64,000 nt of DNA, taken from NCBI GenBank assembly GCA_963715255.1, contig CAVQRN010000002.1:495843-559842 (forward strand), read 5' to 3'. This DNA comes from an uncultured Actinomycetota bacterium. GTDB lineage: Bacteria > Actinomycetota > Acidimicrobiia > Spongiisociales > UBA5794. The notes under the pieces are model-generated. The model made no database searches, was not told where the DNA came from, and saw only the letters and a program-made list of their open reading frames with translations. The first letter of the stretch is position 1. Each line of letters starts with the position of its first letter. The translations under genes and the position numbers were made by a program. Positions 11,702-20,353 of the stretch are shown here, in pieces.

Positions 11702-11748
11702 GCCGTCGTCCCCTTCCGCCACCGCACATGGCCTGGCATGATCGAACC

Positions 11749-13174
11749 ATGGAGCTGGACCGGAGCACCGATTACACGTGGACCATCCCGCGTTCGGGAG
11801 GTATGCGGGTGCCCGGCGTCGTGTTCGCAAGCGAGTCCCTGATCGTCATGGCCCGCGAGGATCGGGCGGTGGACCAGGTAGCCAACGTGGCTCATCTCCC
11901 CGGCATCGTCGGCGCCTCCTACGCCATGCCGGACATCCATTGGGGATACGGTTTCCCCATCGGGGGGGTGGCGGCAACCGACGTCGACGACGGGGGTGTC
12001 GTCTCACCCGGCGGCGTCGGCTTCGACATCTGCTGCGGCGTCCGGCTCCTCTCCTCTCACCTCACCGCAGCGGACTTCACCCGGCACGGAGCCCGGATCA
12101 TGGCCGGGCTTGACGCCCGCACCCCGCCGCGGGACCGGGAAGGGCGGGATCGCTCTGCGGGACTTGCTCGACGATGTGCTCGAACACGGCGCACGGGCCG
12201 CGCTCGACGCCGGCTACGGCACCGCCCGGGATCTCGACCGGTGCGAGGAATTCGGCACGTCCGCAGGCGGAGGACCCGACCTCGTCTCGCCTCAGGCACG
12301 GCAGCGAGGCGGGGGCCAGCTCGGATCCCTCGGTGCCGGGAACCACTTCCTCGAGGTGCAGGTCGTCGACCGGATCCTCGACGATGTTGCAGCACAAGCG
12401 TTCGGTCTCCGGCTCGGCACGCTCACGGTGATGATCCACTGCGGGAGCCGGGGCCTCGGTCATCAGACCTGTCAGGATCAGCTCAAGGTGATGGGTCCCG
12501 CGATGGCCCGCCACGGGATCACGGTCCCCGATCGCCAGCTCGCCTGCGTCCCGGTGAACTCACCGGAGGGACGGGCCTACCTCGGTGCGATGGCGACGGC
12601 GGCGAACTTTGCATGGGCGAACCGTCACATCCTCGCCCACGAAGCCCGCCAGGCGTTCGCTGCTGCGCTGCGGACCTCACCGGACAATCTCGGCCTCGAC
12701 CTCGTATTCGACGTTGCCCACAATCTCGCGAAACTCGAGACCCACGTCGTCGCCGGTGAACCGAAGAGACTGTGCATCCACCGCAAGGGAGCGACCCGGG
12801 CGTTCGGCCCCGACCACCCCGATTTGCCGGGCGGTCTGCGGGAGGTCGGTCAACCGGTCCTCGTCCCCGGCAGCATGGGGACGGCCTCGTGGGTGCTGCG
12901 CGGCGTTACCGGCAACCCGGCGTTCGATTCGGCGGCCCACGGCGCCGGGCGCCTCATGAGCCGGAGCGCCGCGAAGCGCCGGGCGACCGGAGCCGACGTG
13001 CGCAAAGAACTGGAGACGGCGGGGATCGCCATCCGCCCGGGTTCGGTGAAGCTCCTTGCCGAGGAGGCGCCGTACGCCTACAAAGACGTCGACGAAGTCG
13101 CGTGGGTCTGCGAAGCCGCCGGTCTCGCCGCCCGCGTCGCTCGACTCCGACCGATCGGCGTCGTGAAAGGCTGA
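11749..13174 (+). CDS. rtcB: RNA ligase RtcB (frameshift ~12130)
   Basis: [82 protein letters not shown]-terminal VKG across two frames. Confidence 0.93.
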
Positions 13175-13188
13175 CCGGCAGTGAGGAG

Positions 13189-13946
13189 GTGACCGATCGT
13201 TCACCAGGCAACCCTCAGGTTCTACGCGGAACTCCGGGACTTCCTTCCCAAGGATCGGCAGTCGGGGACGGTCACCCGTGTCTTCGACGCCCCCGGAAGC
13301 GTCAAGGACATGATCGAATCCTGCGGCGTCCCGCACACCGAGGTTGATCTGATCATCGCCGACGGCTGCTCGATCGACTTCTCCCATCTCGTGAACCGCG
13401 GCGACTACATCAGCGTCTTCCCCGTGTTCGAATCGTTCGACATCACGCCGATCGTCAAAGTACGGCCGGAACCCCTTCGAGAGACTCGATTCGTCGCCGA
13501 CAACCACTTGGGTCGGCTTGCGAGGTTCCTCCGCCTCCTGGGCTTCGACACGTCGTACGAGAAGAACTGGGATGATCCCGAACTCGCACGGATCTCGGCT
13601 GAGGAACAGCGCATCATTCTCACGAGGGACGTGGGCCTGCTGAAGCGAAGTGCAGTGACCCACGGCTACTACGTGCGAGCGGTCGGCGACGGGGCAGGTG
13701 GCCGAAGTCGTTCGGCGTTTCCACCTAGCCGTTCGCCTCGATCCGTTCACCCGCTGCATGGCCTGCAACGGAACGCTGGCCCCAGTCGCCAAAGAGGCGA
13801 TCGCCCACCGGCTGCCTCCCGGAACCCGCCGGAATTTCGACCAATTCAGCTTGTGCTCGTCGTGCGACAAGGTCTATTGGCAGGGAGCACACCATCCCGA
13901 ACTACGCCGGATCATTGCCGCCGCCCGCCGAGTCGATGAGAGGTGA
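13189..13946 (+). CDS. Mut7-C RNase (PIN-like) domain protein with N-terminal ubiquitin-like domain and Zn ribbon (frameshifts ~13195, ~13695)
   Basis: LRFYAELRDFLP...SVKDMIESCGVPHTEVDLI; RFVADNHLGRLARFLRLLGFDT; ILTRD; RCMACN...CSSCDKVYWQGAH; GGAGG before GTG 13189. Confidence 0.85.
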
Positions 13947-14121
13947 CAGCGAAGACCCGGAATCGCCCGCATCAGGGCAGCGATGGTGGGGGCAAGAGCG
14001 CCACCAGCTACCAGCCAGAGGCCCCCTGCGGATTCGCGGGGCGAATCCGCGTCCACCCACTTCGTGGGGGGACGAGAAGAGACGGTCTTCGTCGTGACCC
14101 GCACCCGATACGATCCGGACT

Positions 14122-16182
14122 GTGGATGACTTCGACCGGGAGGCACTCGACCTCCTCCGACAACTGACCGACAACCCAGACGCAACCTTTCGCGAGGGGC
14201 AGCTCGAAGCCATCCACACCATCGTCAAGGATCGGGGTCGGGCCCTTGTCGTTCAGCGCACCGGGTGGGGCAAGTCGGCCGTCTACCTGATCGCCACTTC
14301 GATGCTGCGCTCCCAGGGTGCCGGGCCGACGATCATCGTGTCGCCGCTGCTGGCGTTGATGCGCAACCAACTCACCATGGCCGACGCGCTCGACATCAAC
14401 GCACAGACGATCAATTCGTCGAACCGGGACGACTGGGAACCTATCTTCGACGCTATCGCGACCGGAGACATCGATCTTCTCCTCATCTCCCCCGAGCGCC
14501 TCAACAACCCCCAGTTCAGGGCGGACGTGATGCCCACTCTGCTCGGGACGATCGGGTTGCTGGTCATCGACGAGGTCCATTGCATCAGCGACTGGGGCCA
14601 TGACTTCCGACCCGACTACCGCCGCCTCGAACAGCTTGTCGGTGCCCTCGCGCGCAGCGTTCCGATCCTCGGCACAACCGCCACCGCCAACGACCGTGTC
14701 GTCGACGACGTGGTCGTTCAACTCGGTCACGATCTGCAGGTCTTCCGCGGCACCCTCGAACGGGATTCGCTTGCGCTCCAGGTGATCGACATGCCGGACC
14801 GGGCCGAGCGGATGGCATGGCTCGCCGAGCGGATCCCGCAACTCCACGGCTCCGGCATCGTCTACTGCCTCACGATCGCGGACGCCGAGCGGGTCGGCGT
14901 GTGGCTGCGATCCCAAGGCATCGAAGCCGCCACCTACACCGGGCCAACGCCAGACGAGGAGCGGCTCGCAATCGAGCACAGGCTCTCCGCAGGCGACCTC
15001 AAGGTCGTTGTGGCAACCTCCACGCTCGCCATGGGGTACGACAACCCCCACATCGAGTTCGTCATCCACTACCAGACACCGGGGTCTCCGATTGCCTACT
15101 ACCAACAGGTCGGCAGAGCAGGCAGAGCCGTTGACCGGGCCTACGGGATCGCGATGACCGGCGGCGAGGACCGCGACATTCAGGACTGGTTCATCGACCA
15201 GGCATTCCCGACCCTCGACGAGACCCGTGTGGTCCTCGACACGCTCGGGGCTGCGAAAGGGTCGTCCCGGCTCGATCTCGAGCGCGCCGTGAACATCCGG
15301 CGCGGCCGCATCGAGGCGATGCTCAAGATCCTCGAGGTCGAAGGGGCCGTTTACCGGGAAGGCTCGAAGTGGTTCCTGTCCGATGCTTCGTGGGAGTATC
15401 CCGCCGCCCGGATCGCAGGGATCACCGTCAATCGCCGCATCGAACAGGCAGCCATGGCCACCTACGCGACGACGGCCCACTGTCTCATGGAGTTGCTCCG
15501 CCGGGAGCTCGACGATCCGGGCGCGGCAGCGTGCGGTCGGTGCGCGAACTGCGTCGGTGACCTCGTATCGACCAACACCGATCCTGCGCTCGTCCAGGCG
15601 GCCCTGGAACAGGTCAGACGATCCCGGATCACGATCGAACCCAGGATCCAGATCCCATGCGGTTTATCCTCCGAGCTGAACCTGAAGGAGCACAACATCG
15701 AACCCGGACGGTCCCTCACCCGTTGGGGTGACCCGGGTTGGGCCCGGCTCGTCAGAGAGGCCATGGCCGAGCAACGAGACTGTTCTGACGAGCTGGTCGA
15801 CGCCGTGGTGGCCATGCTCCGCGCATGGAGATTCGACGAACGCCCGACGTGGGCCACGAACGTTCCGTCGTCGAGCCCCGGCGGATTGGTGCCCGACTTC
15901 GCTCGAAGGGTCGCCAATCGCCTGGAGATTCCCTACGTCGAGTCGGTTCGGCGCGTCACGGACCGGCCCCGGCAGAGAACCAGGGAGAACACGTGTCAGC
16001 AAGCACGCAACGTGGTGGGAGCGTTCGAGGTCGGCAGAGTCCGCCCGGGCCCGGTGTTCCTCCTCGACGACACGGTCGACTCCCGGTGGACGTTCACCGT
16101 CGTAGGCCATGAGCTCCGGTCGGCGGGGTCTGGTCCCGTCTACCCCGTCGCTCTCGCGGACACCTCCGGAGCCAGTGGATGA
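14122..16182 (+). CDS. recQ: RecQ-family ATP-dependent DNA helicase with C-terminal phosphoribosyltransferase-like domain
   Basis: QRTGWGKS, SPLLALMRNQ, DEVHCISDWGHDFRPDY, YYQQVGRAGR, CGRCANC, C-terminal LLDDTVDSRWT. Confidence 0.88.
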   Translation: MDDFDREALDLLRQLTDNPDATFREGQLEAIHTIVKDRGRALVVQRTGWGKSAVYLIATSMLRSQGAGPTIIVSPLLALMRNQLTMADALDINAQTINSSNRDDWEPIFDAIATGDIDLLLISPERLNNPQFRADVMPTLLGTIGLLVIDEVHCISDWGHDFRPDYRRLEQLVGALARSVPILGTTATANDRVVDDVVVQLGHDLQVFRGTLERDSLALQVIDMPDRAERMAWLAERIPQLHGSGIVYCLTIADAERVGVWLRSQGIEAATYTGPTPDEERLAIEHRLSAGDLKVVVATSTLAMGYDNPHIEFVIHYQTPGSPIAYYQQVGRAGRAVDRAYGIAMTGGEDRDIQDWFIDQAFPTLDETRVVLDTLGAAKGSSRLDLERAVNIRRGRIEAMLKILEVEGAVYREGSKWFLSDASWEYPAARIAGITVNRRIEQAAMATYATTAHCLMELLRRELDDPGAAACGRCANCVGDLVSTNTDPALVQAALEQVRRSRITIEPRIQIPCGLSSELNLKEHNIEPGRSLTRWGDPGWARLVREAMAEQRDCSDELVDAVVAMLRAWRFDERPTWATNVPSSSPGGLVPDFARRVANRLEIPYVESVRRVTDRPRQRTRENTCQQARNVVGAFEVGRVRPGPVFLLDDTVDSRWTFTVVGHELRSAGSGPVYPVALADTSGASG

Positions 16183-16324
16183 CCATCACCGACGACATCG
16201 AGAAGATCGACGCGTCACCCGCCGGACTCATCAAACGTGTGCATCCCCCCGGCCTCCGCCACACCGCGCGCCGACGGGTTGATGACACTCGCGACGAGTA
16301 CCCCGCATGCCTCCGTGAAGGTGC

Positions 16325-17251
16325 CTACGTAAAGGTCACGGGGTCGAGGCGTGTCCGGTTGACCTCCACGCGGATCACGTCGGCACGGAAGTAGTGGCCC
16401 GCCGGGTCGAAGTTCTGTCGCTCACCGCGCACCATCGCCGCGTCGATGTCCGCGATGACGAGCTGTTCGGTGCCATCGACGGGTTCCACGATCCACGTTC
16501 CGTCGGGTGCGGCGATCGCTGAGCCACCGTTGTAGCCGAGGTCACCCCCGGCGAGCGCCTGGCCGCGAAGCGGGAATGCATCGGGGATGTCGCCCCGCCG
16601 CAGGAGTGTTCCTGCCGACAGGACGTAGCAGCGTCCTTCCAGAGCGATGAAACGCGTGATGTCGATGGTGTTGCGTACGGCGCCCGGCCAGCTCGCAACG
16701 TGCAGTGTTGTCCCCTGGGCGTACAGCGTGTGACGGACTGAAGGGACCCAGTTCTCCCAGCAGTTGAGGCCGGAAACCGTGAAGTCGCCGACATGGTGCG
16801 TGCGGAGACCGTTCCCGTCCCCGATACCCCACGCCATCCTCTCCTCATATGTGGGCATCAGTTTGCGATGGGCGCTCACGATGCCGCCGACCGGGTCGAT
16901 CGCTACGAGGGTGGCGTACACCGTTCCTCCGCTCGCAGATCGTTCCGTGATCCCCAGGTACGTGAACACGCCGGTGTCACGAACGGTTTCGGTGATGTCA
17001 CCAAGCTCGGGACCGTCGAGAGACACCGCACCTGCCAGGTAGTAGGCGTAGGCCTCTTTCTGGTCCGACGCGTTGAAGCGAGCACCGTCGGTGAGCGAGA
17101 TCCAGAATGGGTACCCGGACAGGAACGTCTCGCCAAATGCTACGAGATCGATGCTTTCGTTGGCTGCCCGTTGAATCCAGTCGGTTACCACCGAGGCGGT
17201 GGCCTCCGAGTCTCCCCACACGGGCGCCGTTTGAGCTGCTGCAATGCGCAT
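16325..17251 (-). CDS. Nitrilase / carbon-nitrogen hydrolase
   Basis: Glu-Lys-Cys triad motifs FGETFLSGYP, HRKLMPTYEER, LNCWENW; FDPAGHY. Confidence 0.9.
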   Translation of the reverse strand: MRIAAAQTAPVWGDSEATASVVTDWIQRAANESIDLVAFGETFLSGYPFWISLTDGARFNASDQKEAYAYYLAGAVSLDGPELGDITETVRDTGVFTYLGITERSASGGTVYATLVAIDPVGGIVSAHRKLMPTYEERMAWGIGDGNGLRTHHVGDFTVSGLNCWENWVPSVRHTLYAQGTTLHVASWPGAVRNTIDITRFIALEGRCYVLSAGTLLRRGDIPDAFPLRGQALAGGDLGYNGGSAIAAPDGTWIVEPVDGTEQLVIADIDAAMVRGERQNFDPAGHYFRADVIRVEVNRTRLDPVTFT

Positions 17252-17494
17252 CGCACCATCGTACGCCTCCGCGGCCCCCCCAGCGTCGGTCAACAATCAG
17301 CGAACCACCGGCACTCCGCACCGATAGCCTCGACCTCGCCACCGGCGCGGGCGCGACCCTGCACGGAAGGGGCGGTCGGAGACGCACCGTCGGCATCGAG
17401 CCGAGAACCGCCTGGATCATCCAAGCGTGGATCGAACGACGAGTGACGCCCGGATCTGCCGGATGACGCCCCATTGCCGCCACCTCGGAATGAT

Positions 17495-17531
17495 TTATCC
17501 CACGCTTATCCGTTGCTTGGTAATGCATTAC
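17495..17531. promoter_or_regulatory. Putative regulator sites upstream of the cytochrome: TTATCC direct repeat and GTAATGCATTAC palindrome
   Basis: TTATCC at 17495-17500 and 17506-17511; perfect 12-bp palindrome 17520-17531 in an AT-rich intergenic stretch. Confidence 0.45.
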
Positions 17532-17580
17532 GCAGGACCAACCGATACTGACCGTGCGGTCGATATCGAGTCGCCAAAGG

Positions 17581-19674
17581 ATGGGTGATGTGAAGACGCG
17601 AGCAGCAGCCACGCTCACGCTGGGGGCGGCCCTCGCGTTCGGCCTCATGTTCATGCTTGCCCAAGGCGTTGAAGCAAAACCCCAATCCGAGTTTCTTCCA
17701 GCGTTCGAAGCCACGTACCCCGGCGCCGTCGGCAGTCGTATCGACTCGTGCACGGTCTGCCACAACATTCAGGGATCCGAGTACAAGCTCAATCCCTACG
17801 CCAGGCAGTGGAAGGAGGACGAGAACTTCGCCGCGATCAACAACCTCGACGCCGATGGAGACGGGTACACGAATCTCGAGGAGATCCAGGCTCATACGTT
17901 CCCGGGGAACGCGTCCGACAACCCCTCCACCGTCACCACCACGACCACGGTGCCCGGCGCCACCACAACCACGGCGGCACCCGGTAGCGGTGCCGCCATC
18001 TACCAGGCGAACTGTGCCTCGTGCCACGGGGGCAACGGCGGCAATCTGGTACCCACCACGCTCGCGCTCTCCCAGATCGTCAATGTGGTGAGCAACGGCC
18101 GGGGCACCATGCCCGGCTACTCCGGGTCCCTGAGCAGCGCCGAGATCCAGTCGGTGTCGGCGTACCTGGTCAACTGGGCCGCCACGCCCACCGTGACCAC
18201 CACGACTACCCCCGGCGCACCTCCCCCGCCGTCGCCCGACGGGCGGGCGCTGTACGGCGCGTCGTGTACAGGATGCCACGGCGCGAACGGCGGCGACCTG
18301 GCGGGAACGTCTCTGACCCGCAGCCAACTGGTTGGCAGCATCACCAACGGCACGACCACCGGTATGCCGTCCTACCGATCCACCTACAGCGCCGCCCAGA
18401 TCGACGCCATTGCGGGCTACCTTCTCTCACTCGCCTCGTCTCCCGCGACGACCACGACGGTCACCGGCTCCCCGCCCCCGCCACCACCCAGCGGCTCCGC
18501 CGTCTACTCGAGCCAGTGCGCAGCTTGTCATGGTGCGTCCGGTGGCGACCTGGTAGGACGCAGTCTCACTACCGGCCGGATCTCAACGGTGATCAACAAC
18601 GGCACGACGGGTATGCCCGGCTTCACCACGCGGCTCTCCAAAGCCGAGAGGGATGCGGTCGCTGCCTACGTCGCCGGCAAGGCAGCCTCCGGCCCGGCGA
18701 CCACCACGACCACCGTGCCCGGCTCGCCTCCTCCCAGCGGCGCCGCCGTCTTCGCGGAGTCGTGCGCCGTCTGCCACGGCGGTTCCGGCGGCGACCTCGT
18801 CGGGCACTCGCTCAGCGACGCTCAGCTCACTTCGGTGATCTCGCGTGGCACAGGTTCCATGCCCGCCTATGCGTCACGACTCAGCACGACCCAGATCGAC
18901 GCGGTCGTCAACTACCTGTCATCACTCGGGAGCAATCCCGCCACCGCCGCCACCGCCGCCGGCGGGACCGGTGATATCAACGCCGCGGCTCTCTACGTCG
19001 GATTCTGCTCGGCGTGCCACGGTGCTCACGGAGAAGGAGGCCGATTCGGCCCCGTCGCCGGAACGTCGCTCAGCCGCTCCGAACTGATTGCCCTCACTGC
19101 CAACGGCCGGGGATCGATGTCGGGCTACTCGGGGCGCATGACTGCAGACGAGATTGAAGCCATCGTCGGGTTCGTGCTGGCGCTTGGATCGTCCGAAGAC
19201 GCAGCGAGCATCGAGTCGGTTGCAGAACCCGGGACCCTGGGCGAACGCCGGTACACGAGCCTCTGCGCCATATGCCACGGCGCGACCGGCAAAGGCCGGG
19301 GCGTGGTGGCGAGCTTCGGTCAGGATCTCGACGCCGCCGAGGTGGCCGCCCTGATTCGGACCGGGCGTTCCCGGATGCCGGCCTTCCCAGAACTCACCGA
19401 CGAGAGTCTCGACGCGGTCGTCGCGTACACGCTGCTCCTCGCCAACGGTGACGCCACGGCGACACCGGCGGCGAGTGATGGCGGCTCTGGGGCGCTCGAC
19501 GGGACGGCACCCAGCGCGGGCAATCAGAACGCGTCGCTCGTTCACGATGTTCAGGCCGATGGCGGTAGCGGTTTCCCGACGAGCGCCGCGGCCGTCGTCG
19601 TCCTCGGCATCTTGGGCCTCGCGGGTGGCGTCGGGTACACACGGTTGCGCGCCTCGCGCTCGTTGGCGGGATAG
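17581..19674 (+). CDS. Exported, C-terminally anchored heptaheme c-type cytochrome made of tandem monoheme domains
   Basis: Signal peptide (...AQGVEA), 7 CxxCH motifs (17749, 18013, 18265, 18517, 18763, 19006, 19264), MP/MS distal Met motifs, Thr/Pro linkers, C-terminal TM helix plus basic tail. Confidence 0.88.
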   Translation: MGDVKTRAAATLTLGAALAFGLMFMLAQGVEAKPQSEFLPAFEATYPGAVGSRIDSCTVCHNIQGSEYKLNPYARQWKEDENFAAINNLDADGDGYTNLEEIQAHTFPGNASDNPSTVTTTTTVPGATTTTAAPGSGAAIYQANCASCHGGNGGNLVPTTLALSQIVNVVSNGRGTMPGYSGSLSSAEIQSVSAYLVNWAATPTVTTTTTPGAPPPPSPDGRALYGASCTGCHGANGGDLAGTSLTRSQLVGSITNGTTTGMPSYRSTYSAAQIDAIAGYLLSLASSPATTTTVTGSPPPPPPSGSAVYSSQCAACHGASGGDLVGRSLTTGRISTVINNGTTGMPGFTTRLSKAERDAVAAYVAGKAASGPATTTTTVPGSPPPSGAAVFAESCAVCHGGSGGDLVGHSLSDAQLTSVISRGTGSMPAYASRLSTTQIDAVVNYLSSLGSNPATAATAAGGTGDINAAALYVGFCSACHGAHGEGGRFGPVAGTSLSRSELIALTANGRGSMSGYSGRMTADEIEAIVGFVLALGSSEDAASIESVAEPGTLGERRYTSLCAICHGATGKGRGVVASFGQDLDAAEVAALIRTGRSRMPAFPELTDESLDAVVAYTLLLANGDATATPAASDGGSGALDGTAPSAGNQNASLVHDVQADGGSGFPTSAAAVVVLGILGLAGGVGYTRLRASRSLAG

Positions 19675-19718
19675 GCAAGCGCCTGGCCCGGCCGGAATCT
19701 TCTGTCGCTTCGACCCCC

Positions 19719-19749
19719 CACGATGAGGCCCACGCGGGGCCTCATCGTG
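19719..19749. terminator. Bidirectional hairpin terminator between convergent genes
   Basis: CACGATGAGGCCC-acgcg-GGGCCTCATCGTG, 13-bp perfect inverted repeat. Confidence 0.7.
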
Positions 19750-19780
19750 AGATCGGGTGCGCCCGACCGATCAGCGAAAC

Positions 19781-20158
19781 TCAACCAGAGAGGATGTTGA
19801 GGATGTTGCCTTCGCTGTCCTTGAACCACGCAGCCCTTCGCCCATCAGGCAACGCCACCACGCCGTCAACCGTCTTGAAGTCGCCGGTGTCGAAATCATC
19901 GAACGTGACCCCCCGGCTGCGCAACACACCCATGGCGGCATCGAAGCCCTCGAACGAGAACGACGCGGCGGTTGCCTGATTGGTCCCAGCAAAGCCTGAC
20001 AGGTACAGCAAGAAACGCGTGCCTCCCGTCTCGTACCAGGCTCCACCGAAGTCGTCCTCCTCGACGGGACTCAGCCCCAGTTTCTCTTGGTACCAGGACT
20101 TCGCCCGCTCGAGATCGGCGACTGGCAACGTGGCATGGAATACGACCGTGTCGAACAT
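19781..20158 (-). CDS. VOC / glyoxalase family protein
   Basis: LPVADLERAKSWYQEKLGL, AAWFKDSEGNIL; GGAGG before ATG. Confidence 0.88.
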   Translation of the reverse strand: MFDTVVFHATLPVADLERAKSWYQEKLGLSPVEEDDFGGAWYETGGTRFLLYLSGFAGTNQATAASFSFEGFDAAMGVLRSRGVTFDDFDTGDFKTVDGVVALPDGRRAAWFKDSEGNILNILSG

Positions 20159-20353
20159 GTGAACCTCCCCAGGTGTCGCCACCAACCCTATCAACGCCGT
20201 CCCCTGCCCGCGACCCCAATCTGAGGCGCACACACTTCACACGCGCCCTGGATGAGAAGTGCCGCCATCAACAGGGTCGGGGGGTCGGGCCGCATCTCGT
20301 CAGCGTCGACACCTTGCGTGTTCGTGGGCCACGGTCTGCGATAACGTTGAGTC

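Noticed and set aside
12120-12140. Programmed frameshift or intein in rtcB
   Set aside because: No slippery site or intein motifs; fits the window-wide indel error pattern
14028-14068. Twin hairpins between Mut7-C and RecQ as a REP element or ncRNA
   Set aside because: Only one copy seen in the window; could be a simple terminator or processing stem
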